Origin: Candidatus Berkelbacteria bacterium CG_4_9_14_3_um_filter_39_23
Lineage (GTDB): Bacteria > Patescibacteriota > UBA1384 > GWA2-35-9 > CG2-30-39-44
Length of the DNA stretch: 44,375 nucleotides
Reading direction: 5' to 3'
Assembly: GCA_002789815.1 (NCBI GenBank)
Contig: PFTZ01000046.1
Span: 1-44,375 of the forward strand
Shown piece by piece: positions 1-8,522 of the stretch. A program made the translations under genes and the position numbers. Each line of letters starts with the position of its first letter. Position 1 is the first letter of the stretch. Below the pieces are notes generated by a model. It had not been told where the DNA came from. It saw nothing but the letters and a program-made list of their open reading frames with translations, and made no database searches.

Positions 1-170
1 GATGACGGGAGGGGATGGATCCCGCATCAAGTGCGGGATGACGGAGGGGGTGGATCCCCAATCCGAAGCGCTTCGCTTTCGGTTGAGGATGACAAGGGGG
101 GCAGTCGGTTGAGGATGACAAGAGGGTATAATGATATTTTTCGTAAGTCGTGTAATTAAAAAATAATACC
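1..170. repeat. Array of short hairpin + GATGAC(R)(R)-GGGGG modules; dispersed repeat copy 1
   Basis: Units end in gatgacgg/gatgacaa followed by a G-run, at about 1, 37, 88 and 112. The 47-nt core 54..100 (atccccaatccgaagcgcttcgctttcggttgaggatgacaaggggg) is identical to 29219..29265. The tail 'aatgatattt..cgtaagtcgtgtaatta' recurs at 29268..29295, and 142..158 is identical to 33069..33085 inside the 23S insertion. Confidence 0.8.
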
Positions 171-196
171 GTTAAAAATTGAAAATAATTTTATTC

Positions 197-2023
197 TCAA
201 ATTCTATCAAGAATCTGAGGCGGTATTTCATCCAGAAACCGCGAGGGCGCGAACGATTGTAGTGAACCATAAATTTTTCTAAAGTCCGTGTGGGTAAGAT
301 AAAGTCGCTGTTTAGCCCTAGTTATTCCAACATAACACAGACGGCGCTCCTCTTCGATCTTTTGCGGTTCCAAGAGGCTACGCGAGTGCGGGAATAATCC
401 TTCCTCCATTCCAATCATAAAAACCACTGGGAATTCAAGCCCTTTGGCAGTGTGGAAAGTCATCAATTTTAATTTTGGTTCGTTGCCCATCTTGTCAGTT
501 GACTGATAAAGCGCGGTTTTTTCTAAAAATTCATCTAGATTGGCAAATTCGGTAGCCACTGATTTTAGCTCTTTGATGTTTTCCCAGCGCGTTTCGCCCT
601 CAATCGTACCATCCAGGAGCCAATCCTTATAGCCAGTTTTTTTAACCACTAAATAAATGGTCTCCGATGGTGTTTTATCTTTGGCTAATATACTGATTTG
701 CGCTATTTTTTCTCTGAATAAATCAAGTTTCTGTCCGCCCTGAGCCAATGTTTTTGGTCCAATACCCCTTGGTGGTCGCCCGGCTATCCTTTCCAAGCTT
801 AACCAGTCCTTGGGATTAGCCAGAAGGCGGAGGTATGCTAACACATCTTTAATCTCGCTTCGTTCATAGAAATTTACTCCGCCGATAATTTGGTAAGGCA
901 TGCTTACTTTTATAAATTCCTCTTCCAAAGCGCGCGATTGAGCGTGTGTTCGGTACAAAATTACCATATCTTCCGGGTTCAGATCAAAATGCTCCAAATC
1001 TTTTATTTCATTGATAATAAAAATCGCTTCTTCTTTTTCGTCAGATAAACGGGCTAAAGTAATCGGCGCGCCAGCGGGGTTGCCGGTCCATAATTTTTTA
1101 TCGGTCCGAAATAAGTTTTTTTCTATCACTTTTTGTCCAGCTTCCAGGATTTTTTTCGTTGAGCGGTAGTTTTGCTCTAGTTTAAAAACTTGCGCGGTTG
1201 GATAATCTTTTTCAAAATTTAAGATATTGCGAAAATTTGCCCCTCTAAACTGGTACACGGACTGCCAATCGTCTCCGATGGCACAAATGTTATTATGTTT
1301 TTGGGCTAGTTTTTTTACCAGTTGATATTGAATTTCGTTAGTATCCTGATACTCGTCAACCAAAATGTATTGAAATAAGTTTTGGTAACGCGCTAAAATT
1401 TCAGGGTGGGTAGTAAAAAGTTCAACGGTTTTAAGTAGCAGGTCGTCAAAGTCAAGGGCGTTATATTTTTTCAGCAGTAGTTCGTATTGCTCAAAAACTT
1501 GATTGGCGTTTTCTTGGAAATATCCTTCAATGTATTTTTTCATATCGTCGCTACCTGTCATTTCGTTTTTGGCTGACGAGATATAGGCGCTGATTACCCG
1601 CGGATTAAATTTTTTAGGGTCAAGCCCGATCATTTTCATTATCTTTTTAATGGCTTGAAGCTGATCTTGGGTATCCCAAATAGAAAAATTTGAGGTGAAA
1701 GGCAAAGAGGCGCGGTTTAATTCTCGGCGCAGGATTTTGACGCAGACCGAGTGAAAAGTTCCCATCCACGCCAGGGGGGAAGTAAGACCAAGTAGCTGGT
1801 TGATGCGATTTTGCATTTCCTCAGACGCTTTATTGGTAAAAGTAACGGCTAATATCGCGCTCGGGGCGATATGGTGTCGCTTGATTAGATAGGCAATCCG
1901 ATGGGTTAGAGTTTTGGTTTTTCCGCTTCCGGCTCCTGCCAATATCAAAATTGGTCCGTCTTTTATTTGGGCGGCTTGGGCTTGAATCGGATTGAGGGAT
2001 GCGAGGATTGGATCGTTTGGCAT
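197..2023 (-). CDS. pcrA: Superfamily-1 ATP-dependent DNA helicase (UvrD/PcrA/Rep family)
   Basis: 608-aa ORF. Has Walker A 'ILAGAGSGKTKTLTHRIAYL', motif II 'ILVDEYQDTNEIQYQL' and 'LEQNYRSTKKIL'. It is shorter than typical UvrD (no long C-terminal tail). Confidence 0.9.
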   Translation of the reverse strand: MPNDPILASLNPIQAQAAQIKDGPILILAGAGSGKTKTLTHRIAYLIKRHHIAPSAILAVTFTNKASEEMQNRINQLLGLTSPLAWMGTFHSVCVKILRRELNRASLPFTSNFSIWDTQDQLQAIKKIMKMIGLDPKKFNPRVISAYISSAKNEMTGSDDMKKYIEGYFQENANQVFEQYELLLKKYNALDFDDLLLKTVELFTTHPEILARYQNLFQYILVDEYQDTNEIQYQLVKKLAQKHNNICAIGDDWQSVYQFRGANFRNILNFEKDYPTAQVFKLEQNYRSTKKILEAGQKVIEKNLFRTDKKLWTGNPAGAPITLARLSDEKEEAIFIINEIKDLEHFDLNPEDMVILYRTHAQSRALEEEFIKVSMPYQIIGGVNFYERSEIKDVLAYLRLLANPKDWLSLERIAGRPPRGIGPKTLAQGGQKLDLFREKIAQISILAKDKTPSETIYLVVKKTGYKDWLLDGTIEGETRWENIKELKSVATEFANLDEFLEKTALYQSTDKMGNEPKLKLMTFHTAKGLEFPVVFMIGMEEGLFPHSRSLLEPQKIEEERRLCYVGITRAKQRLYLTHTDFRKIYGSLQSFAPSRFLDEIPPQILDRI

Positions 2024-2044
2024 AAGATGTTTTATATCTTGCGA

Positions 2045-3055
2045 CTACAATTTTAAATTCGGCTGGGCTTTGATTTTATCCCAAGCTTCACTGGGAGTTT
2101 TGAGATTTAGAAAAAATGCCAGACCAATCATACCAGCATTGTCGCCAAAAAATCCTTTGGCGGGAAAATAAATTGGCGCGCGGGCGCTAAACTTTTCAAT
2201 CATTGTTTGGCGGAGGGCGTTATTGGCAGATACTCCTCCGGCAATAAAAATTGTTTTTGGCTTGAACTGGGCAAATGCTCTTTCGGTTTTTTCAACTAGC
2301 ACCTTAATTATAGCTTGTTGGCTGGCGTAAGCCACTTCTGTTTTTTTAGCCCCCGGGTTTTTTTGTAGATAGTAAAGGACAGCTGTTTTCAGTCCGGAAA
2401 ATGAAAAATTCAAATCATCAGAGTTAATTTTAGGGCTGGGGAAAATAATTTTTGATTGCCCCTGAAACTCTCGCGCCAGTTTCTCTAGCGCTGGTCCTCC
2501 TGGATAGGGGAGACCGAGCAATGTGGCAATTTTATCAAATGCTTCGCCTGAGGCATCGTCGATTGTTTGCCCTAGCACTTGATAATTAGTCCACGACAGA
2601 AGTAGCACTAAAAACGTATGTCCGCCCGAGGCAGTCAAAACCAAAACGGGAAATTTGATTGTTTTAAAATTATCAAATGAGGTGATCGGCGAAATTAAGT
2701 GCGCGTAAATGTGGTTGACTCCTTGGATCGGTAAATGCCGTAGCCATGCTATGGTCTTAGCGGTTTCAACTCCGACTAGTAGCGAACCCACTAACCCTGG
2801 TCCTTGGGTAACTGCCACTGCTTCAATCTGTTCAATCTTAATGCCAGCTGATTTTAAAGCGTTTTCGATCGTTGGAATAATTTTTTTTTCGTGCAGGCGA
2901 CTGGCTACTTCGGGCACCACACCTTGCGTTTTTTGGTGAAAAGGTATTTGAGAGTAAGTGATATTTGATAGAATTTTATAATCGCTTCCAACAACAGACG
3001 CGCTGGTTTCGTCGCACGAAGTTTCTATCGCTAAAATTTTTATATCCCTTGACAC
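2045..3055 (-). CDS. tsaD: tRNA N6-adenosine threonylcarbamoyltransferase TsaD (Kae1/Gcp family)
   Basis: 336-aa ORF with N-terminal 'ILAIETSCDETSASVV' and C-terminal 'FIAGGVSANNALR', both typical of TsaD. Confidence 0.9.
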   Translation of the reverse strand: MSRDIKILAIETSCDETSASVVGSDYKILSNITYSQIPFHQKTQGVVPEVASRLHEKKIIPTIENALKSAGIKIEQIEAVAVTQGPGLVGSLLVGVETAKTIAWLRHLPIQGVNHIYAHLISPITSFDNFKTIKFPVLVLTASGGHTFLVLLLSWTNYQVLGQTIDDASGEAFDKIATLLGLPYPGGPALEKLAREFQGQSKIIFPSPKINSDDLNFSFSGLKTAVLYYLQKNPGAKKTEVAYASQQAIIKVLVEKTERAFAQFKPKTIFIAGGVSANNALRQTMIEKFSARAPIYFPAKGFFGDNAGMIGLAFFLNLKTPSEAWDKIKAQPNLKL

Positions 3056-3132
3056 AGAGCTAATTTTAATGTATTATGATAAATAATCAAGTTATTGCAC
3101 TTTTAAATATCAGCCTACAAGGGAGGGAAACG

Positions 3133-3363
3133 ATGAAAAACAAACCAATTCGCGAAAAAGATTTTTCCCAAACTCATTTCCAACAAGGCAAACCTTCGTC
3201 TCACAGGGCAATTTCAGAGTTTACCGGGATGATCGACCAAACAAGAGAAGATTTTGATGGTTGGTGTTGCAACTCATTAGAAGGGCTCGATTGTCCGAAA
3301 GAGCTCAAACAAAAATGCTTTGAACAATCAATGTCCCTTCCAAACTCTATGACCGTTTCTTAA
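3133..3363 (+). CDS. Hypothetical small Cys-containing protein (76 aa)
   Basis: I chose the internal ATG at 3133 because 'gggaggg' lies 5-11 nt upstream, whereas the 3076 start has no RBS. I recognise no family. The C-terminal half has 'WCCNSLEGLDCPKELKQKC'. Confidence 0.35.
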   Translation: MKNKPIREKDFSQTHFQQGKPSSHRAISEFTGMIDQTREDFDGWCCNSLEGLDCPKELKQKCFEQSMSLPNSMTVS

Positions 3364-3418
3364 AATCAAAAATAGATTCGGTCTTTTTTTTTACCATAAA
3401 AAGAGTTAAAATATATTT

Positions 3419-4330
3419 ATGGAAGAATCGTTTTTACAATCTAGCGAGTGGGAAAAATTTCAAAAAGCATTTGGAAATCGGGTTTTTCGCATTCAGGGAG
3501 TGCTCTTGATTAAAAACCCTAAGATGCGCCTGCCGTATTTATATGCTCCGCGGGTTGGTAAAATTAACTCGCTGGCAATATTTAAAGACGAACTCAATGT
3601 CTTGGCTAAAAAAGAAAAAGCGGTTTTTGTTAAAATAGAACCATACAAAGTGGCTTTATTAACAGATTTTCCTAACGCTAAACAGTCTGCTACTGTGCAA
3701 CCGCAAACTACACTTTTAGTTAATCTTGGATCAAGCGAGGAAAAAATTTTAGATCAAATGCGATCCAAAACTCGGTATAATATCCGTCTCGCTACTCGGC
3801 ATGGAGTAGAGGTGATCGAGCAAAATACGTTTGAAAGTTTCTGGGCGCTAGCGCAAAAAACCAGTGCGCGGGATAATTTTCGTTATCATTCCAAAAGATA
3901 TTTTGAGCTTATGCTTAAAACATTGGCGCCCAAAATCAAGATATTTAGCGCAATTAAAGAAGGGAAAATTTTAGCGTCAGCGATTGTTTTGTTTTGGGGC
4001 GAGATAACATACTATTTGCACGGCGCGTCGCTTTGGGAGGCGCGTCAGTTAATGGCGCCCTACAAGTTGCACTGGGAAATTATGAAAATCGCCAAAAGAG
4101 CAGGGTGCGGGCAGTATGATATGTGGGGAATCAAATTAAAACCTCAAATCTCAAATCTAAAATCTCAAAATTATTATAGTCAAATTGACATTCACCATTC
4201 CTGGGCGGGGATTACTAGATTCAAATTGGGGTTTGCGCCAGAGGGGAGGATAATCAATTATCCGGACGCTTTAGACTTGATATACCGCCCATTTTGGTAT
4301 AAAATTTATTCCTTGAAGAAAAAGCAATAA
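3419..4330 (+). CDS. FemAB-family peptidoglycan interpeptide-bridge aminoacyltransferase (FemX/MurM-like)
   Basis: 303-aa ORF with 'RSKTRYNIRLATRHG' and 'ITRFKLGFAPEG' FemAB-type motifs. It lies directly upstream of murE. It contains an in-frame low-complexity segment 'KPQISNLKSQN' encoded by 4142..4172. Confidence 0.75.
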   Translation: MEESFLQSSEWEKFQKAFGNRVFRIQGVLLIKNPKMRLPYLYAPRVGKINSLAIFKDELNVLAKKEKAVFVKIEPYKVALLTDFPNAKQSATVQPQTTLLVNLGSSEEKILDQMRSKTRYNIRLATRHGVEVIEQNTFESFWALAQKTSARDNFRYHSKRYFELMLKTLAPKIKIFSAIKEGKILASAIVLFWGEITYYLHGASLWEARQLMAPYKLHWEIMKIAKRAGCGQYDMWGIKLKPQISNLKSQNYYSQIDIHHSWAGITRFKLGFAPEGRIINYPDALDLIYRPFWYKIYSLKKKQ

Positions 4331-4339
4331 ATAATTATT

Positions 4340-5656
4340 ATGTTCAACTGCCTAAAGGCAAAAATTAGACCATTTTTATCTGATAAAACAATTTCTGAGT
4401 ACCACCGTTTACAAGCCGGGTTGGCTGCTTGGAGATATAATTATCCGGGCAGGAAGCTAAAAATTATCGGTGTGACTGGCACCAACGGAAAAACTACCAC
4501 TTGCGTTTTGTTGGGTGCAATTTTAGAATTAGCTGGTTCAAAAGTGGCTGAAGCAACCACAGTGAGATTTAAAATCGGCGCGCGCGTTTGGAAAAATAAT
4601 ACCAAGATGACCACGATTTCTCCGTGGATTTTGCAAAGTTTTTTATCCAAAGCGCAAAGAGCTGGCTGTGAATATGTTATTTTAGAGGTAACATCGCACG
4701 CGCTCGAGCAATTTCGCACTCTGGGGATCGATTTTTTGGGGGCAGTTCTGACCAATATCACGCGCGATCATCTAGATTATCATAAAACTTTTGCCGGTTA
4801 TGTGAGCGCTAAGTTGAAATTATTTGAAGCAGAGCCATTTATTTCAGTAATAAATCTTGATGATTCGTCAAGCAAAGAGTTTTTACAACTGGCATCTAGC
4901 CACCAAACTAGCTATAGCATTGGCTCAAAAAAAGCCCAAGTGCGCGCTGAAAAAATTATTTATAATATTAAGACAACGGATTTTATATTGGTCACTCCCC
5001 AAGGGCAGATTATTGTTAAGCTTAATATCAAAGGTAAATTTAATATCTACAATGCATTAGCGTCCGCAGCTGTGGCGCATAATTTAGGGATTAGTTTAGA
5101 AACGATTAAGTATGGTCTAGAAAGTGTTGATTTAGTGCGCGGACGGATGGAAGAAATTAGCCAAGGGCAACCATTTCGGGTAATCATAGATTACGCTCAT
5201 ACCCCAGACGCGTTTGAAAAAATTTATAAAACATTAAGACCGATTATTCAGGGCAGAATAATAGCGGTTTTTGGCGCTACTGGCAATCGCGACACTGGAA
5301 AACGACCGATGCTGAGCGCCATCGCCTCCCGTTTTGCCGATATAATTATTTTAACCAACGAAGACCCTTACACCGAAAATCCTGTGAAAATTATTAAACA
5401 AGTAGCTATCGGAGTTGATCGTAAAAAATTTAACCGCGGTAAAAATTATTTTCAAATTATTGATCGGGAAAAAGCGATTAAAAAAGCTTGCAGACTAGCT
5501 CAAGTAGGAGATTTAGCACTAATAACTGGCAAGGGGCACGAGGAAGTGATGGCAGTGGCGCATCCGAAAAACCCGCATTTGTCCATTCTGGCTCCTTTTA
5601 ACGAGCAAGATATCGTGAAAAAGATACTGGGCAAGATGGGCTATCGGGAAAATTGA
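4340..5656 (+). CDS. murE: Mur ligase, MurE-like UDP-N-acetylmuramoyl-tripeptide synthetase
   Basis: Has 'IIGVTGTNGKTTT' P-loop, 'IDYAHTPDAF', 'LTNEDPYTENP' and 'ITGKGHEE'. The P-loop sits at about residue 45, so the N-terminal domain is unusually short. Confidence 0.8.
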   Translation: MFNCLKAKIRPFLSDKTISEYHRLQAGLAAWRYNYPGRKLKIIGVTGTNGKTTTCVLLGAILELAGSKVAEATTVRFKIGARVWKNNTKMTTISPWILQSFLSKAQRAGCEYVILEVTSHALEQFRTLGIDFLGAVLTNITRDHLDYHKTFAGYVSAKLKLFEAEPFISVINLDDSSSKEFLQLASSHQTSYSIGSKKAQVRAEKIIYNIKTTDFILVTPQGQIIVKLNIKGKFNIYNALASAAVAHNLGISLETIKYGLESVDLVRGRMEEISQGQPFRVIIDYAHTPDAFEKIYKTLRPIIQGRIIAVFGATGNRDTGKRPMLSAIASRFADIIILTNEDPYTENPVKIIKQVAIGVDRKKFNRGKNYFQIIDREKAIKKACRLAQVGDLALITGKGHEEVMAVAHPKNPHLSILAPFNEQDIVKKILGKMGYREN

Positions 5657-5681
5657 CATACAAGAAGTAATTTGCTATTAT
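5653..5681 (+). promoter_or_regulatory. Sigma70-like promoter for rpsO
   Basis: TTGACA (5653-5658), a 17-nt spacer, then TATTAT (5676-5681). It overlaps the murE stop codon, and the rpsO ATG follows at 5712. Confidence 0.55.
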
Positions 5682-5711
5682 TATCAATAATAGGAAAAAG
5701 GAAAGGAAAAA

Positions 5712-6074
5712 ATGCCAATAAAAGAAAAAGTTAACTTGACCAAAACAGAGAGTAAAACTAAAGTGTTAGCAACAGCAAAAAAAGTGAAAACAGTAGCAGT
5801 CAAGCCAACCGCAACTAAAATTGCCAAAGTTGATTTAGTAAAAAAATATCGCGGGCATAAGTTAGATACTGGCTCAATTGAGGTGCAAATCGCTTTGTTT
5901 AGCCAAAGGATTGAAACTTTAGCCAAACATTTGAAAAAGCATAGCAAAGACAATGACTCAATGCGCGGGCTTTTGCAAATGGTCGGCAAACGACGACGAC
6001 TCTTGAATTACTTAAAGAAAAAAGAAGAAAAGAAATATCTAAAATTGATTCTTGATTTAGGATTGAGAAAATAA
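5712..6074 (+). CDS. rpsO: 30S ribosomal protein S15 with Lys-rich N-terminal extension
   Basis: The C-terminal ~85 aa 'YRGHKLDTGSIEVQIALFSQRIETLAKHLKKHSKDNDSMRGLLQMVGKRRRLLNYL' is canonical S15. About 35 extra N-terminal residues are K/T/A/V-rich. An RBS 'aggaaaggaaaaaatg' precedes the start. Confidence 0.9.
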   Translation: MPIKEKVNLTKTESKTKVLATAKKVKTVAVKPTATKIAKVDLVKKYRGHKLDTGSIEVQIALFSQRIETLAKHLKKHSKDNDSMRGLLQMVGKRRRLLNYLKKKEEKKYLKLILDLGLRK

Positions 6075-6318
6075 ACGACCCACGCAACAACAAGTTGCGG
6101 GGTATCCGTTTGTTTCGCTATTTGAGATGACTTCATCTCTGTGGCAAGCCACGGGGTATGCAGCTGTCTTGAAATAAATTTAATGGCTTTTGCCAAGAGA
6201 GAACTGGGCTTGGGGTGTGAGAAATGAGCAGGGCATTTCCCACCTCCCAAAGTTCTCTTATGTTAGGATTGCCTTAATACGTTATAATTGCGTTCAGGTA
6301 AATTCTAGAAAGGAAAAA
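6075..6318 (+). promoter_or_regulatory. Structured rpsO-pnp intergenic leader
   Basis: A short hairpin at 6083-6099 (cgcaac/gttgcg) is followed by a T-rich tract. A long hairpin pairs 6198-6205 (agagaact) with 6251-6258 (agttctct), extended by 6209-6218 / 6241-6250. Small hairpins lie at about 6125-6140 and 6142-6153. Confidence 0.45.
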
Positions 6319-8448
6319 ATGATTGAGAAAACTCACAAAATTGCTTACGGCAATGCTGATTTGACGATTAGTCAAGGCAACCTGGCAATGCAAGCTGACG
6401 CAGCTGTCACTGTTTGCTGGGGCGAAACAATGGTCCTAGCAACCGTAGTAGTGTCAAATGAGGTACGCGAAGAGATTGATTTTTTACCGCTACTTATCGA
6501 TTACGAAGAGCGAATGTATGCGTCAGGTAAAATTTCTGGCTCCCGTTTTATTAAAAGAGAGGGGCGTCCGTCTGATAATGCAGTACTTACCGCGCGAATG
6601 ATTGATCGCCCGCTAAGACCGCTTTTCCCCAAGTATTTTTATAATGATGTGCAGGTAGTGATTACAGTGCTGTCTTACGACAAAGAACACGACCCGTCAA
6701 TTGTTTCAATTATTGCTGCTTCAAGCGCGTTGATGCTTTCCAAAGCGCCTTTTGCCGGTCCGGTGGGAGCGGCTAGAATCGGGAGAATTGACGGCAAACT
6801 GATCGCTAATCCAACTGATCAAGAAATTAAAAAATCAGATTTGGAACTGGTTATTGCATCGGTTAAAGATAAGATAATTATGGTTGAAGCCGAGGGAGTG
6901 GAGATTCCCGAAGAGGTGATGAAAGAAGCGTTTCAGCTTGCGCAAAAAGAAATTCAGCCAATTTTAAAAATGCAAACAGATCTTGCCAAAGATGCGGTTA
7001 GTTTGCAGGTTGAACCACTGGATGAGAAAATTCATAGCGAACTGAAAGATTTTGTGGGAGCAGAGTTAAAAGAGGTGCTGAAATTGAAACAAGATGACGA
7101 GCAAAAGCAAAAAATTGCTGATTTTGAACTGCGTATTTTAAACAATTTTGAAGGTAATTATAAGCAAATTGAGCTAAAGTCCGCGTTTGGTAAATTGATT
7201 CAAAAAGAAGTCCGTAAAACTATTTTAGAAGATGGAATTCGTCCAGACGGAAGAAGGTTAGATGAGATCCGCCCTATTTCGGTTGAGGTGGGGATTTTAC
7301 CCCGCACTCACGGATCAGGTCTTTTTACGCGCGGACATACTCAGTCGCTAACTATCGCTACGTTAGGCGCGCCCGGAGACGAACAGTTTGTTGACACGAT
7401 GGAAGAAGAAGGAACCAGGCGGTATATGCACCATTATAACTTTCCGCCGTTTTCAACTGGCGAAGTTTCTCCGATGCGGTCCACTTCCCGCCGAGAGATC
7501 GGGCATGGAGCGCTAGCGGAAAAAGCGCTTTTGCCAATGGTGCCATCTAAAGAAGATTTTCCCTACACTATCCGTTTAGTTTCAGAAATTTTGTCTTCCA
7601 ACGGTTCGTCGTCAATGGCAGCTACTTGCGGATCAACATTGGCGCTACTGGACGCGGGCGTGCCGCTTAAAGCGCCAGTGGCTGGGATTGCTATCGGGCT
7701 AATTACTCGTGAAAATTTTAACGGGATTAAAGCAACGGATGTTAAGGATAGTGATTATAAAATTTTAACTGATATTCAGGGGTTGGAAGATTTTGGCGGA
7801 GATATGGATTTCAAAGTGGCTGGCACGAAAAATGGCATCACCGCCATTCAGATGGATACCAAGTTGCATGGTATTACTTTTGAAATTGCCTCGCGGGCTA
7901 TGGATATCGCCAAAGTCGCTCGACTTAAAATTTTAGAAAAAATGCTGGCAGTTATTCCTAGGGAAAAAGAAATGAGCCAGTATGCTCCTCGCATTAAAAA
8001 AATTATCATCAATCCCAAAAGAATTGGCGATATTATTGGACCAGGCGGGAAAACCATTCGCAAGATTATTGAAACTTGTGGTGGAGATGAAAAAGTGTCG
8101 ATTGATATTGACGATCAAGGTTGTGTGTATATTTCAGCTACTGACAAAGAAGCTGGCGATCAAGCTAAAAAGATTATTGAGGAGCTAACCTACGAGGTTA
8201 AAGTCGGGCAAGTGTTTGACAATGCCAAAGTGGTAGAGATTGTTAAGCAACGGGATTCAGGCGCTGAAATAGGCGCGTTGGTTGAAGTGGCGCCCGGACG
8301 GATTGGTATGGTTCATATCTCTGAAGTTTCTCCGGAACGGATTCCAACTGTGTCCTCAGTGCTGAAAATCGGACAAATCGTGAAAGTCAAGGTGGTCACT
8401 GTTGACGAGGAAAAAGGACGTTACGGTTTGTCCATCAAGCGGGCGTAG
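6319..8448 (+). CDS. pnp: Polyribonucleotide nucleotidyltransferase (PNPase)
   Basis: About 709 aa from the ATG at 6319 (RBS 'aaaggaaaaaatg'). Has two RNase PH-like halves, a KH motif 'IIGPGGKTIRKIIE' and a C-terminal S1 domain. The 6190 start in the ORF track runs through the structured leader. Confidence 0.95.
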   Translation: MIEKTHKIAYGNADLTISQGNLAMQADAAVTVCWGETMVLATVVVSNEVREEIDFLPLLIDYEERMYASGKISGSRFIKREGRPSDNAVLTARMIDRPLRPLFPKYFYNDVQVVITVLSYDKEHDPSIVSIIAASSALMLSKAPFAGPVGAARIGRIDGKLIANPTDQEIKKSDLELVIASVKDKIIMVEAEGVEIPEEVMKEAFQLAQKEIQPILKMQTDLAKDAVSLQVEPLDEKIHSELKDFVGAELKEVLKLKQDDEQKQKIADFELRILNNFEGNYKQIELKSAFGKLIQKEVRKTILEDGIRPDGRRLDEIRPISVEVGILPRTHGSGLFTRGHTQSLTIATLGAPGDEQFVDTMEEEGTRRYMHHYNFPPFSTGEVSPMRSTSRREIGHGALAEKALLPMVPSKEDFPYTIRLVSEILSSNGSSSMAATCGSTLALLDAGVPLKAPVAGIAIGLITRENFNGIKATDVKDSDYKILTDIQGLEDFGGDMDFKVAGTKNGITAIQMDTKLHGITFEIASRAMDIAKVARLKILEKMLAVIPREKEMSQYAPRIKKIIINPKRIGDIIGPGGKTIRKIIETCGGDEKVSIDIDDQGCVYISATDKEAGDQAKKIIEELTYEVKVGQVFDNAKVVEIVKQRDSGAEIGALVEVAPGRIGMVHISEVSPERIPTVSSVLKIGQIVKVKVVTVDEEKGRYGLSIKRA

Positions 8449-8522
8449 CTAATGTGGTGTATTGCAAAATTGTTTTTTTTGCAATAAGCTGTAATTATAT
8501 TATTCAAAGGGAGGTTGACAAT

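Noticed and set aside
1-170. Possible CRISPR array (repeated gatgac-containing units)
   Set aside because: The units have variable length and sequence. There is no constant repeat separated by unique spacers of fixed size, and no cas genes in the window. A nested palindromic (REP/MITE-like) family describes it better.
2709-2939. Antisense or overlapping short ORFs inside well-supported genes. Examples are 2709-2939, 4441-4761, 5684-5989, 7358-7546, 10184-10465, 18726-19037, 23075-23458, 28172-28741, 36358-38974, 39269-40497, 41433-42029, 42819-43274 and 43824-44045.
   Set aside because: Each is embedded in a longer ORF on the other strand or frame that has clear family motifs. They have no RBS and low-complexity translations.
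6190-6318. N-terminal extensions suggested by the ORF track for pnp (6190), dnaX (8987), the 8454 ORF, the 3076 ORF, the exonuclease (11867), DUF2207 (13698), rpsT (16082) and gap (21246)
   Set aside because: In each case an internal ATG has a proper GGAGG-like RBS and/or coincides with the conserved family N-terminus. The pnp extension crosses a structured leader and the dnaX extension crosses a terminator. The internal starts are used in the feature table.
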